Counted from the first letter of the stretch, positions 24,728 to 39,510 are shown. The stretch: DNA of 64,000 bases from Spongospora subterranea f. sp. subterranea (GCA_049724395.1 JAUGWO010000084.1:62001-126000); one strand, 5' to 3'. Translations and numbers: made by a program. Notes: generated from the sequence alone by a model not told the origin.

Positions 24728-25268
24728 ATCTGTTTTTCGTAGTGGCAACTTTGCGCGATTCGCACCGGTTAAAGCTCAATGTACAGTAGAACACCCCTAA
24801 TTGACTGTTGTTCCGTTTTGACTTGAGACATGAATCGCCAGGAGCTTTCTTTTTGCGTCATTGATCGCCACATTTTAGTTTTGTCAATAACTAGTATGCA
24901 GTTATCTAGTGCTGACAGATATCCTGATACACAATCATTAGTCTATCATTGTCACCACTTGTACTCAGAATCGTACACCGATAACTGAGTTTTTGAACTA
25001 TAGCGATGAAATTTACCGATTCCTGCAGAGAATTCTTATTGGCCGAGTGCACAATACCAGAGTCGAAGATGGCGATTAAGTCACCCTTAATCAGTTAAAT
25101 ACACCTACTGTACAACGGTACTGTACATCCGCAGCTGCACCGATGCTCTGCGAGCCTGCCAAATTATTGCTCCGGCGTCACGCAATTATATCTGCGTGAC
25201 TGTTTTGCGGACTACCTAGAGCTCTGAATTCCAACTTGATCCAGAGATAATCAAATACACAACCGCAA

Positions 25269-26697
25269 ATGAGGGAACCTGAACCCGCTAAACGATTGGT
25301 GATCAACTGCCTGAATGCAACCGCGTTCGGCAATGGGGATGATCACCGGACGATGACGGTTCTAAAGCTGTCCGGGCAAGGGTTCACGGAGCTGGACGAC
25401 ATCAGCGAGATGCAGTTGCTGAAGCGCATAGAACTAGATCGCAATCAAATCGAATCGTTCCACGGGATTCGGGAAAACGTCGACTTGGAGTTCGTGTCCG
25501 CGTCGCATAACAAAATCAACGCGGTCTCTGCTGAAGATATGATTAATTGGAAACAGCTCAAATTCCTGAATTTGAGTCACAATGACATTTCTGAAATTGA
25601 GGTATCTTCACGTGTCGTTCTGTCAAGTTTTGTTTGTCGACATTTTCGATAGGCGATTCCAAAGTTTCCAGAGCTTGTCGCATTACTTCTCAACAACAAC
25701 ACAATTCGGAAGTTGCCCAAACTCAGGGGTCTGTCAAAGTTGAAGACCTTGGTGATTTCCCATAACCAAATCGACGACGTCTCGGCGTGCGCGTGGGGAT
25801 CTATGAAAGCGTAGGATCTGCTTATGGTTATGCTCGACTCTCTATTTATATTTTTTGACATAAAAGGTTGGAGACTTTCTCTGCCAGCGATAACAAATTG
25901 TCGAGTTTGCCTAAATCGTTCGCTCTTCTGCATTCGCTGGTCAATCTGAGGCTGAATCGGAACCGGTTTGTCACGATTCCAGAGCAGTTGGAGTTGAATG
26001 CCAACCTGAACTTGGTCGATTTCGGCAATAATCGTATTACTGCGTTCGAAGCGCTGCGTCCTCTGCAAAAGCTTGCGAATTTGCGAAATCTTAACCTGAA
26101 GGGGAACCCGATTTGCGAATTAGATGAATATGCTGCCAAAATCAAGAACATGTTCCCGCAGCTTGAAACTTTGGATTCGCGTCCCCTCGCCAAAGCGCCA
26201 TGCTCCAAATTTCACAAAAAGTTCAAGGGAGGCGATGGAAACGCCATTATTATCACAGACGATGACTTCATCGAAGGCGAAGGGGTGACGGACGACGCTA
26301 TCGAATTTGATGAGTTTGTTCAGGCTAAACAGTCTGAAAACGCGAAAGAACCTCGTCAGCAAGGGCTGGTTAAACCAGGAGTTGTGGCCGTCATCGTAAA
26401 GCAGGTATTTTTTTTTACTCATCGTTGGATTGCCAAATGGTAACCATTTAGTACCAGACTGTGACTGCCGTGGCAAGAGAATCGCTGCAGAATGCGTTGT
26501 CGGATATAGCTGCTTCCAATGCAGCTATCGGTACTGGAAATGGGGATGGCTGGGATTCGGATAACAATCACGAAAGTGTTCAGGTCGCAATACCAGCAGA
26601 GTCTGCTATCCACCCACAAGAAGTGATGCAGCCACCTGAAACAACTGCCGGAAAACCCTTTAAAAAACGACGTCGCCAAAAGAAAAAGAATGATTAA
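25269..26697 (+). CDS. Leucine-rich repeat protein (SDS22-like repeats, LRRcap, basic C-terminal NLS)
   Basis: Repeated LxxLxLxxNxI motifs, cap NLNLKGNPIC...Y...I...FPQLETLD, and C-terminal KKRRRQKKK. Three short introns. Confidence 0.85.
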
Positions 26698-26881
26698 AAT
26701 GTTATTATTTCAAATATCTATCGAGGAAAAAGAATACTCGATCAAACAGCGGAACATTGTTTATCATGGGAGAGACAGCAGGTTCTGACAATATATCGAA
26801 ATCGTTCATCAACGATTATGTGAGTCCGTCGCGGACTTGCTGCTACATCAAGCAAGTCACAATCCATCGTGTCGGTGTTTG

Positions 26882-29800
26882 ATGGAGGACACAGAGAAGA
26901 TCAGCCAATATGGCTATAAAGCCAACGCGAATCTCGTGCTGAATGCCGAGAAACGGCCGCGTGATCTGGGCCCGACCGGTGAGGTTACCAGCCTCCCGGA
27001 AGCTGGCAACCCCAAAGATCTTCGCAAGCTCATGGGTGACCGGTAACGCACATACCCACACACAGAAACGCACCTTGTCCTTTGCAATATATAATTGTGA
27101 CGTAATCGCAGTTGACCATTACTGTCATTTTATACTCTTCAGTAACGTGCGATCTATTACTGGCCCCTAATCTACGGCACTTGATCTACTTGTTTTATTG
27201 AGCAGTTTGGGGCATCGGTGGCATTTTGTTTTCGCAATTCTCTTGTTCTGTTTTCGTTTTGTAAGTCCATCGCAGCCCAAATTCACCCGCTTTACCTTCA
27301 GTGCTATTATCGCCACAGCGGCAACCGAAGGCACCTTGCGTGATCGGCTAGAGAAGCGTAGGATTGCGGTTGCTTCTGGAGCTGCGTCAACGGTAGTACA
27401 GCCGACACGAAAGGCTTCCAACGTTCTTGACGTAGAAGTCGCCGGTATTACAATTTTCATTTTATGTCTGGATTACATTGTAATCCCTTATGGTTTAGCT
27501 GTTTATGAACCTAAGACTCAAGACACGCGTCGTGTTTTCTCTACACTGATGTCGATTGTAAATTCGCTGATGTCGGGTCAGGCTCACGCCGTCGTCCAAA
27601 GCGCCTGCGAGGAAGTTCTTGCTATCGTCAAATCACAGGAAGGGTTCGTTTATCTCGAGAGTCATCTGCTCGCGGTCCGGTTTCCAACTTAATCTTGGTT
27701 TTCCAGGGGAACTGGCCGCGCTGGTAGTGCCCAGGCCTCAATTAAAGCCGAGCTGAGCAGCTTACTCAGCCGTCAAATTGACGATGAAACATTCAGGCAA
27801 ATTGTATCATTGTCAAACAGGATCAACGACTTTCAGAAGGTCAAGCCCCGTCTAATGTCTGTTACAATTTTTTTGAAATCGTTTAGGTATCTGAAGTTGA
27901 TGACGTTATGGATGAAGATCTAGGCGTTGCCGTAGTCTTCCAAGGTTAGTTTGGTTCCACTAAGTCCAATTCATTCTAACAAATTTCCAATATCAGAAGA
28001 GGAAGACGAAGGGGGGGTTGAAGAAGGAGGCAGCGATCTTGATGAGATTCTCGAAAGTGAAGACGAAGTTCAAGATGATGAAATGGACAATCACGGCAGT
28101 CTTCTTCAAACAGAACAAAAACCGGTTTATGAGGCGGATGGCAGGGCGCATTCCGATCTTATGCAGGTTATTTATGGTGTTTTCGTCGCTGAAACATACG
28201 TTCTCATTTCAACCGCTAGGAAGAGACTTCCGCCGATATTGTAAATCCCAAGGCAATCGACGCTTTCTGGCTTCAGCGCCAACTTTCAGTATTTTTCGGT
28301 GACGCTGTTGAAGCGCAAGCAAAAGCTGAAACTATTTTATGTCAGTCGTCTTTAAATCACACACATTTTTGTAATTTATCGATGCTGTTTAGCCACTTTT
28401 GCCGAGTCGATCGACGTACGAGCGATGGAGAATGCTATCGTCAGGACTGTCGGTTTTGAGAATTTTGCGTTCGTTAAAATTCTGCTGCTCAATCGCCAAG
28501 CGATTTTATGGTGTACCCGCTTAGCCAGAGCCAAGAACGACGCCGAACGAGCTCATATTGAGGATACCATGTTCTCTCAACCTGCTCTTAGAGGTTGCTT
28601 GTGCTGTACAGCATTATTACCTTTGTGTTGATTTTGGTTGTTTCAGGATTGCTGCAAGCGCTCCATGTAACCCGTGGAACGGCGGCCGCTCGTGGTAAAG
28701 ACATAGAAAGGACGCTTTTGAAAGAGGCTGCCGCTCTAAAAAAGGATGGTGCAACCGTTAAGTCGTCCGATTCCTGAAGGCGTCGAGTGGGGTTCTGCCA
28801 GGCGCCCTTCAACAAAAATCCTTGATCTCGCTTCCCTTTCGTTTTCAGAAAGTGGTCGCTTTATGAGTAATTCGGCTTGGGTTTTACCAAAAAATTCTTG
28901 GAAAAAGGAGCACAAAGGTGCTTAGCATTGATTTTTTTGTGATGGGGCTGAAGGTTTATGTTCCTCTCCGTTTGTGTTTAGGGTATCAAGAAATCTTTGT
29001 CCCCGCTCATAAAGCGACGAAGCCTGCTCTTTCATCTTTGGTTGCAATCACCTCGATTCCCAAGTGGGCTCAGCCAGCATTCGGAGGGTATTCATTCAAA
29101 TTCCATTCCACGCATTTCTGATTGAAGAAATCAGGTCGTACCGCCATCTGAACCCTGTCCAGTCTCGCGTCTATCGTCATGCCCTGCTTTCGGCCGAAAA
29201 TCTTTTACTATGTGCACCGACAGGTGCCGGTAAAACCAACGTCGCCATGCTCTGCGTGTTAAGGGAAATTGGTCTTCACCGCAACAAAGACACCGATACA
29301 ATTGACCTTTCAGCATTCAAGGTTTTTCACTCAACAATGTTATTCCAATTTAGCTCTTATGAAAAAATCAGATGATTTACGTTGCACCGATGAAGTCGTT
29401 GGTTCGCGAAATGGTTGGAACTTTCACCGAGCGCCTGAAAACCTTCGGCATTGTTGTGAAGGAGTTGTCAGGAGACACAAGCTTATCGCGTGAAGATATT
29501 CAAAACACACAGATCCTGGTAATGATTTGTAGTTTTGGTATGTGGCCAACGTTCTCAATGAGTTTTTAAACAGGTCACGACTCCCGAAAAGTGGGATATT
29601 GTCACTCGGAAAAGCGGCTACGCTGCCATCTCAAACCTGGTCAAACTGATTGTGATCGATGAAATTCATCTTCTTCACGATTCTCGTGGTCCTGTTCTGG
29701 AAGCAATTATTAGTCGAACTGTTCGCGAGATTGAGGTGATTTCAACCAACACGTTTTTGGTTATGCAGCGAGATTAATGCGTTCACAGCAAACGCAAGAG

Positions 29801-32800
29801 ATGACTCGAATTGTTGGATTATCGGCAACGTTGCCTAACTACGACGATGTTGCCGAAATGTTGCGTGTTTCGAAAATCTGGGCTTTTCGTTTTTGACAGC
29901 ACTTTCCGCCCATGTCCGTTGCAACAAATCTATATTGGCGTGACGGCCAAGCGCCCTTTCAAACAGTACCAGGTCACAATTGTTTTCCCATAATCGCAAC
30001 TTGTCGCTCATGGGGGTGTCGACCTAGATGATGAATCAACTCTGCTGGGAGCGCGTTTTAGAGCAAGCTGGGAAGAATCAGGTTTAATTAATGTATCTGC
30101 TTTTACTTGACCATATACTCACCATTGTGGCATTTAGGTGCTAGTTTTCGTTCATTCTCGAAAAGACACGGCCACAACGGCAAGGTTCCTTCGCGATCAG
30201 GCTCAGGTTTGTTGTCTAAACTCACGATTTTTCCGGAGATTGATTTTTTCCAGGAGTCCGATTCGCTTGGTTTATTTGTCCCTCCGACGTCTGGCTCAAT
30301 GGCGATTCTTCAAGACGAAGCCAGAGCGGTGACGTCCCAGGATTTGAAAGACCTTATTCCCACTGGTATTTCCGATACAAATTAGCGCCCGTTCCACATC
30401 TCACCATCGCTTTTCAGGAATTGGAATTCACCACGCCGGTCTCTCCGTTACGGACCGCCGACTTGTCGAAGACCTGTTTGCCGAAGGTCACCTGCAGGTC
30501 CTTGTCTCGACGGCGACTCTTGCCTGGGTAATACACTCCTTTTTTGCCATCTTTTCGGTTTCATTCGAACGTCTTGCTTTTGCTTCTCTCGATATAGCTG
30601 CAATTTTGTGCTCTAACTTGTCTAAATAGGGTGTCAATCTTCCAGCTCACTCAGTTATCATCAAAGGGACTCAAGTTTACTCCCCAGAACTTGGACGATG
30701 GTCTGAATTGTCCATGCTCGACGTTATGCAAATGTTAGGTCGGGCCGGTCGTCCTCAGTTCGACACCTATGGCGAAGGTTGGCCGTTTCTGTGCCTCCGG
30801 TCATGGCTGTCACTGATCCCGTGCCAGGAACGATTTTAACGACGCACAAAGAGTTGAAATTCTACATGTCGTTATTGAACGAACAATTGCCCGTTGAATC
30901 TCAGCTACTGTCTCGTCTTCCGGACATGCTCAATGCCGAAATTGTCCTGGGATCTGTGCGAAATATAAGAGAGGCGTCTCAATGGTTGACTTACACCTAT
31001 CTCTACGTTCGCATGAAATCCAGCCCAGAGCTTTACGGTCTCAGTCAGGTTGATCCAGTGTCCTAGTCCGAATGCAGACTATATTGAATCAGTTGTGGTT
31101 CAGGAGGATATTGCTGACGATCCGTTACTGGAGCAGCGCCGTGTTGATTTGATTCACTCAGCGGCAAACATTTTAGGTTAGTCACAAAGGGTTATTGCTT
31201 TAGCTGGCTGAATATTCACTTGTTCAATGCGCAGACCGTGCTGGACTGATCAAATACGAGCGGAAGAGCAGTAGTTTGCAGAGTACCGAACTTGGGCGAG
31301 TCGCGTCCCATTACTACTTGTCGCATAAATCTATTTCGACGTTCTCCGAATTCCTGAAACCGGTCATGTCTGATATTGATATGCTTCGCGTGTTTTCGCT
31401 GTCCGAGGAGTTCAAGCAGATCGGGATCCGCGAAGAGGAGAAGATTGAGCTTGCCAAGCTCATGGACAAAGTGCCCATTCCCGTCAAACAGACTTTGGAA
31501 GAGCCCAGTGCCAAGGTTCATCATAAGGGCAATATTCTTTCTCTTTTTAGTTAACCCATTCATATCCAGATTAATATTCTTCTGCAAGCGTATATTAGTC
31601 GCCTTTCACTTGATGGATTCGCTCTTCTCGCCGACCTCTGCTATGTGACACAATCCGCCGGACGTCTCATGCGAGCGTTGTTCGAAATCTCGTTACGCCG
31701 CAAGGTTCACTCGCTTGTCGCTTGTTGTGGCATGTTTTCGTTAATCTTTTGCTGTACAGTGGGCGGACAACGCTGCCCGAGCGTTACGTCTTTGTCTGAT
31801 GGTCGACCATCGGATGTGGGCAGTTGAATCACCGCTTCGCCAGTTTCAAGGCCGTTTGCGTTTGCCGGCCGACGTCCTACGCAAGTTGGAGAAGACGCAT
31901 CTTCCCTGGGAGGCGATTGTCGATCTCGAAGTTCTTCAGTTGGGTGAATTGATCCGTCTTCCGAAACTGGCTAAGCAGGTTCATCGCCTTGTTCATATGA
32001 TCCCGAAACTCGACGCCAGGTAGTCTCATCTCGTTTCCCCTCTTGTCAGTCTCGCTAATTCTTTTTTCAAGTGCAATATTCCAGCCCATCACCCGAACAT
32101 TGCTGAAAGTGGATTTGACTATCACCGGCGATTTTCTCTATGACGCCGAAGTCCACGGCCCTTCGCAAAGTTTTTGGATCATTGTTGAAGATCAGGATTC
32201 CGAAAATGTGAAGTCGTTTGCTCATGATCGATCTCCCTGAACTCACCGCCGTCTTTGATGTTTCCAGATTCTTCATTATGAGATGTTTGTATTGCGCGCT
32301 GCATTCGCTCAGCACCCTCACATGGTTTCCTTCACTGTGGCGATAACTGATCCGATTCCCCCCCAGTATTTCATTCGTATCCTCTCGGACAGGTTCCAAT
32401 TGCTGCCGATTCCATGACCGCTTTTTTATTCTGATTCGTTTTTTTCTAAGATGGCTCGGGTCCGTTACGCTTTTGCCCATGAGTTTCCGGGATCTGATTC
32501 TTCCCGACAAATTCTCACCTGCCACCGAATTGCTCGATCTTCAACCTCTTCCCGTCAACGACCTCGCTGATGAGCGATTTTCCTCAATGTAAATTCGGCA
32601 AACTGGTCTCGTTTTTACTAACAATTCTCATCTAAATTTGTGTTCAGGTACGAGTTCACTCATTTTAACGCGATACAGACGCAGGTTTTCCCATCCCTTT
32701 TCTCGACCGATGATAATGCGCTTCTATCGTGCCCGTCCGGTAGTGGAAAGACAGCTTGTGCCGAATTCGTCTTGTTCCGGATGTTATCGACCTATCCTAA

Positions 32801-35800
32801 AGGGCGGGCTGTCTATGTTGCACCCAATACTGCTCTAGCCAACGCTACTCTGAACCGATGGATTGAGCATTTTGGTATAAGATCATTGTTTTTGGAGTTT
32901 CAAACACACTTTGTTGATATTATTGTTTCGATAATATCGAAGACTTTTAAGACTTTTACGATTCTTTAATAGTTAAGCAATTTTGATATTCCAATACCGA
33001 TATTGCGAATTCAGGTTCATCGTTTCCAATCGGTCTGTTGACCGGAGATATGCAGTCCGATCTTCGTATCTTTACATCGTCGCAAATCATCGTCACCGAA
33101 CCGGCCCATTTCGACGCTCTTTCACGCAAGTGGCGAACCCGCCCTTCGGTCCAGAATATCAACGTCCTCATCGTCGATGATGCCCACTTCCTTGGGACTC
33201 AAGTTGGCCCAACGATTGAGGTAAAACAAACGGAGACCTCTTGTTCTCTTTGTCTTTTCCATTCAATATCATGTGCAGGTGTGTGTCTCGAGAGTCAGGT
33301 TCATCGCCAAGCAACTGTCTCGCCCCATCCGAATTGTTCTTTTGGGTGCGTCAATGGCAAACGCTGTCGACGTTGCACAATGGTGTGGCGCGTCGCCGAA
33401 GTCGACGTTCGCGTTCGGCACGTCGGTTCGCCCCGTTCCGCTACAGATCCACATCCACGGAATCGAATTCCACGGTCAAGAGGATCGGCAACAGGTTCAT
33501 TTGATCCCCTGGCCCCACATTGGCCGCATTGACACTGTTGCCATTAGGCTTTGGTTCGCCCGGCTTACACATCCTGGGTTCATTCTTTGGATGAAAAGCT
33601 CTCCACCAATCCGGAGGAGAGTCCCCAATTGATTATATTCGTCCCAAGCAGACAGCAAGCGCATAGGTATCGATTTCGAAATTTTTTGAATCGCGTTCGT
33701 TTAACCGTTCTGGTTGTTCCAGAGTGGCTGGTGCCATTGTGTCCATGGCATCCAATGAGTCGCCAGTCCGGACGTTCCTTCGCGGAGTCACCGCCGATGA
33801 ACTAACTCGAGAATATCTCGCTGATGTCAGTAACCCAGCATTACAAGCAACGCTGACTCACGGTGTCGGTTTCCTTCATTCAGGGTTAGTCGCGCCTTCT
33901 CTGTTTCTTCAATTGATATATTTTGTGACAGTATTTCTCGATTCAAAATTTGTCTTTTGGTTTCTTCGTCATGGAAACGGTTTTTGGTCTTGCAGTTTAA
34001 ATTGCACCGTTCGCTGAATGTTTTAAAGTTTGACGACGGAGGAATCGGCTGCAGTTCGAAGTCTGTTCATGGCCGGTGCAATCAGTGTCTTGCTGGTCCC
34101 GCAAGACTTGTGCTATCAGCTGGGCGGCCTCAGGAGCGATCACGTCACGATTCTCGGTTGCCAGTACTACGACGGCGTTGAGAAGCGTTTCTCGCACTAC
34201 TCAATCGTGGTCGTTGAGACTATGGTTGGCGCGTGTGGTCGTCAGGTCTGCCGTCAGCTGTCAGCAGTTCACATTTTCTTACACTGGTCGTTTCAGGGCG
34301 TCGATTCTCGTGGAAACATTGAAATATATTGCCATCGTTCGCGCTCGTCGTTCTACTCCAAGTTTTTGTTGGACTCGTTCCCTGTTGAGTCGCACCTGGA
34401 TCAGGTTCTCGGCGAACATCTGAACTCTGAAGTCGTGAACGGAACTGTGAACAATGTCCAAGACGCCGTTGACTACTTGACGTGGACGTTGCTTTATCGC
34501 CGTTTGGCACACAATCCAAACTATTATAATTTGAAGTCGCCAATGTATCTCATCTCATTTGCCTGCTGTCTAACGCGCTGCTGTTCAGGGGCACGACGCA
34601 TCGGCATCTGTCGGATTATCTATCGGAACTGATTGAAACCACGATTGAGGACTTGACGGAAGCGGACATGATATCGCTGGAAGGCATTAATGTGACTCCG
34701 CTCAACCTAGGAATGATTACAGCCCATTATTATCTCAGGTCGGGGAGACTTTTGATCGTTTTGATGACAGCCCGCCCCTTAGGCTCTTTCACTCCAAACA
34801 GGTACTTAACTATCGAGCTTTTTGCTCAGTCGCTTTCGGGTTCGACGCGGTTGAAAGGGATTTTGAATCTCGTATCTGCGGCAACCGAATTCGACTCATT
34901 CCCTGTTCGACGATTTGAAGAAATTCAACTCGAGGTTTGTGCCTGATTCCCATTTTATGGCACCGCGTTGACGGCTCCATCTAGCAATTGGCAAAGCATC
35001 TTCGTTTGGTCCCACCTCCTTCGGCGGGCTCTTCTACTCCACTCTACTATGACTCCCACACAAAGGCTCATATTCTGCTACAGGTCCGTTTTCCTGTCGT
35101 TGTAAGGTTGTGCGCGCTGAACTGTTACAATTAGTGTCATTTCTCCCGTATGAAACTGTCGGGTGATGTGAGCATCGATCTGCAGCAGGTTCTGCCGGAT
35201 TCGATTCGCTTGATTCAAGCAATGGTTGATGTTGTGTCCAGTCAAGGCTGGTTATTGCCTGCACTGCAAGCCATGGATTTATCCCAAATGGTGATTTTTT
35301 ACTGTTCATAGCTCATTTTCCCCTTGACCTTTTTCTGTATTTTCATTCCGTTGTCGATCGCAACGGTGTTTCCTTCTCTATTGACGTGGTTCGCTGTAGG
35401 TTATCCAAGGTGTTTGGACGGATCAACCGGGCTGCCAGCTCCTACAACTTCCACACATCGATTCGGCATGTGTTCAGCGTTGCGTTGATCAAGGGGTGAC
35501 AACTATCGATCAGCTGCTCGATCTTGATGACGACATCCGCATTGATTTACTGCAACTTGATAATGATCAGTTAGCGGAGGTCGCTCAGGTTCGATTTCTA
35601 TTCGGCAGAAGATGTCTGTTGTTTTGGTCATTGACGTCATCCTTTTGCCCAGGTGTGCAATCAAATCCCCAACTTATCGGTCGAGTTCAAAGTGGAGGAT
35701 GATATCAGGGCCGGCGATCGTGCATCAATTGAAGTCACAATTGAACGTGATCATGATGAAGATGAAGAAGTAAACTCCCGCTTAGGTTTATTTCAAACAA

Positions 35801-36181
35801 ACTCTCGCTAAACTTGATGTGCTTCAGTTCCAAGTCTCTGAAGTTCATGCTCCGTATTACCCACGAACGCGTTTAGAGGGTTGGTGGCTAATTCTTGGCG
35901 ATCACAAGCAAAACAAACTTATCGCCATCAAGAAGGTGGTTCTACCTAGTGTTCGTCAGACAGTAAGGCGTCGTATCCCCTCTGCTGCAATTTTTCCCCT
36001 AATTTATTTGCAGATCAAATTCGAGTTCATGGCACCTGCTGCCGGTGAACACGATCTTAACCTATACGTAGTTTGCGATTCGTATCTGGGCGCCGACCAA
36101 CAGCATGCGCTGTCGGTCAATGTCGGAGAAAGCGTTGAGTCCAGCGACGAAGCGTCAGATGAGGAAATGGAAAATGCATAA
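26882..36181 (+). CDS. BRR2: U5 snRNP 200 kDa RNA helicase (dozens of short introns)
   Basis: [64 protein letters not shown], Sec63 domains, a second cassette PSGSGKT/DDAH, and C-terminal DSYLGADQ. Confidence 0.97.
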
Positions 36182-36827
36182 ATACAGTTTTTTAATCCCA
36201 ATATAAGGCCTCAAACCGCAATCCAACTTCCCATCGTTCAAAGTTTCTTTCAATACTTTCAATACCCGTTTTTTGTTCTGCAAATATGTTCAAAATATTA
36301 TATGCACCTCAGCAAGACCGAGTGGTCGATGACCCAGGTGTTTCTGTAATTTGTCATGGCAAGCTTCTTAGCACATGTTCTTGCAGTTGTTTGTGTTTGA
36401 CAAGCGGTCAACCACGTGCATCCGTTGATGGCTGCTGACTTTGTTCAGTCAGTTAAGCGACAAATGAGTTCTTTCCCCTGATTGAACTGTTTTATTGAAT
36501 CCGTACCCTCTTCTTTCATCAAATACATCAAGCGGGTAGTTTACACGGCGGCCCGACAATCCTGGGAATATGCATTCGACATTGAACTGCTTGCCAACGC
36601 TAGCAATTGCACCTACATAGCAGGTCAAACCCTAACACATTTGATTGGTACAAGTCAAGATTGGGGTTTCGGATGGCGTGGACGCTCGGCGATTAATTGC
36701 AGTTTGAACGGATTAGGCAACGTCAAGTGATCCCATCCGATATCAAGATTCCAGATTCATTTGTGATGTCGATCGGGACCCTTCAAGGTGCACCATTCCT
36801 AGCCCATAAACTGATGCCATCATGACA

Positions 36828-37652
36828 GATTCATATTTTCAGCAGCGTCGCGATGCTACTGGACTTCTCGGTCTGTCTAGTTTCCAAAAAAATAACTGCT
36901 GCTCTTCGTCTCATGGCTTATGGATCGTCGGCGGATAGTTTGGACGAAAACTTTCGCATGGCAGAGAGAACAATCTTGCTCAATCTTGAACGCTTTGTTT
37001 TTGCTGCGATCAAAGTATTCGGGGATTGAATATCTGAGATACCCCAATGAACGAGACATCCCAAGTATATTGACAACCAATGCATCCAGAGGATTCCCAG
37101 GCATAATGGGTTCTGTCGATTGTATGCATTGGGAATGGCAACACTGTCCCGAAGCATGGGCAGGCATGTATCAATGCCGCAATAAGAAACCGATTATCAT
37201 GCTCGAGGCGATCGCTACTCAGGACTAATGGGATTTGGCGCGTCGTTTCGGTATGCCAGGGCTGAAATAACGACAGTTTTCGTGCAAACTATTCGCCCAC
37301 GATTCATGAGACGAAGAGCAGCAGTTATTATTTGGAAACTTGACATACCGAATAGTCCAGTAGCATCGAGGCGCTGCTGAAAATATAAATCCGCCTCAAC
37401 GACAGGCTGAAGGTTTCGTAAAAACAAGTCTCGTCGCATTCGATATCGTCGGCGAAATTGATCTGGGGTATACACTGGATTCGCAGCAAAGTAGTCGGCA
37501 TATAATCGATTGTGCCCTAAGATCTGACCCCGGTTGATGGTTTCAGACTGTCCAGGGGCAGAATCTCCATTGTTGAGTTGGTCGTCATCTTCGCTATCGG
37601 AATCGCGCTTAACCCATTGCATCAGGCTTTTGTATTTGACCTCTTGAAGCAC
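36828..37652. mobile_element. PIF/Harbinger-type (plant transposon protein) transposase remnants, two convergent copies
   Basis: Plus: RGFPGIMGSVDCMHWEWQHCPEAWAGMY...IMLEAIA. Minus: GHNRLYADYF...FRRRYRMRRDLF...YFQQRLDATG. The copies overlap as an inverted repeat. Confidence 0.88.
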
Positions 37653-38439
37653 TTGTTGTTGACTCTATCCGAACAGAATGATGATTCCATGAAACCGGTC
37701 AAGGCTGACAAATGATACACTGTACGGAAGTACAATCACGGACTGCGTGTTACCCTTCGTATCGTATCTTCACCGTGCGCACGTCGTATCGTTATCGTCA
37801 TTACAGTCGCGGGTGGGAACGTTCTGAAGAGAGTAGTATTATCATCGGTGGCGGAATCAAATGGCGAGTCCTGTTTCACGTCGCACGATGGTTAGCAGTC
37901 CGTAAATGACAGGACAGAAGCCTTTATGGAATCTGAGTTTTATGCGAATGCCGTCACCCTCATGAAGTTCTTCCTGACCTAGCAGCAATGCATCCCGCCC
38001 ATCAGCGTGTTTCCGCTCGCTTGATGATAGCCAGCGACTCCGACGTTATTTCTGGATGAATTGCTGCTTGTTCAGGAATGAGTTTAAGCGATCCATGGCA
38101 TTCACACAGAAACTCAGATTCCATAATATTATGTGGTTGTTTATCTTCCTCAACTCATAATGTAGACTACTCAACGTTAAAACTGAAGCATGAGTCGCCG
38201 TGGTTCGCAGAGATCAACGGCTTCTCTCCCATTGTTAATCATATGCGACCGAAAACCGAATTTTATTTCTCTCCCAAATTTATGAAATATCTTCGTTCAC
38301 GGTAGTTTATTTTCAGCAAACTTCGTTGCCTGTGTCGCGAAGAACATCCGGTTGAGTTCGGCTTGTGCCTTTGAGCCGACACCGTAAACGTTAGAAATTT
38401 GTCTCCCCCTAAACGCTAAACTTCGTGAAGACCTGAACG

Positions 38440-39510
38440 CAATACAATACAATTCCGACTGGGAAACTTGCAGGGTATGAGATAGGCTATTTAAACAATA
38501 GCTTTCGGAAACTGCAGCGCTAATACCGTAGGAAGCATGGGGGTCTGCACATCGGGAACGCGAGACTTAAGATTCTCCCAACTGCAGTCGCTCTCTTCCC
38601 GACATTTCCGCTTCGAATCACACCACGCACACTCAATGGGATTCAGCTCACCAAGAAACTGGCACAAATGACCACGATTAACAATCAACTTCTTGATTGC
38701 GGACTGTTCGTTGACGAAATCTGGGTCAAGACTGATCATCCGACGCAAGCAGCAACTTGTTCGTGATTTGCCGTCACATCAGATGTCTTGCATTCAACAC
38801 ACAGCTTTGCCAGGTTTTCGCCTGAGACAGCCAGGCCAGGCCCTTGTAGAATAGCAAGCATACCCTTGGCCATTGATGGGAAGTGCGAATGGTCTAAAGG
38901 GAAAATCATTTCTTGCTGAATTAATTCCTACTGTTCAACAGATAGATGGCGCTGCGACGCGTATACAGTCCTTCAGAAATTCCTCGTCCTCCTCAGTAAA
39001 TATAATGCAACCATTTTCCGATGTGCATGATGAAGGTACAAAACCAGCGTTGTTCTCCAGGATCTCATCAAAATACTCATCCTCAAACAGGGGGGCAATG
39101 TCGCGTTCGCCAGACGGCAGCCTTATGTCCTCATTCCAAGGTGTGGTCATTGCTGATTTACAGATTTCCGTTGGAAGAAGTCCAAAATGCGGTGATTATT
39201 CTGGCAAGTTTTTTTTATGCTCTCATCTTTCCGGTACCTTGTTCTTTGACTAGTTCCATGGTATCGTCGGCGACATTTATGAGCGCCCGATGGAAACGCT
39301 AGCACCGGCGCAGATGGCACAGGTTGATTTTGTTCGGATTCGCTGTCCGACCAGTACTGAGACGAGCCGACATCATCTTCCCAAGGCGATTCGTTGTCGA
39401 CTTGGCCTTTGTCATCAGATAAGCCCTGATTAGACAGTTGAACGGGGACTTTCGCATCAGCCGCAATCATCGAAATGGTTGATGCAAAAGCACGCTTCAT
39501 GGCCGCCACA
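38440..39510 (-). mobile_element. Decayed Tc1/mariner-superfamily (DDE_3-type) transposon
   Basis: CCLRRMISLDPDFVNEQSAIKKLIVNRGHLCQFL-GELNPIECAW..SK at 38491-38760; upstream N-terminal-type motif YHGTSQRTRYR...ILDFF. Confidence 0.7.

Noticed and set aside
33170..33190. DDAH instead of DExH in the second BRR2 helicase cassette
   Set aside because: The C-terminal cassette of Brr2 is known to be catalytically degenerate, so this is expected.
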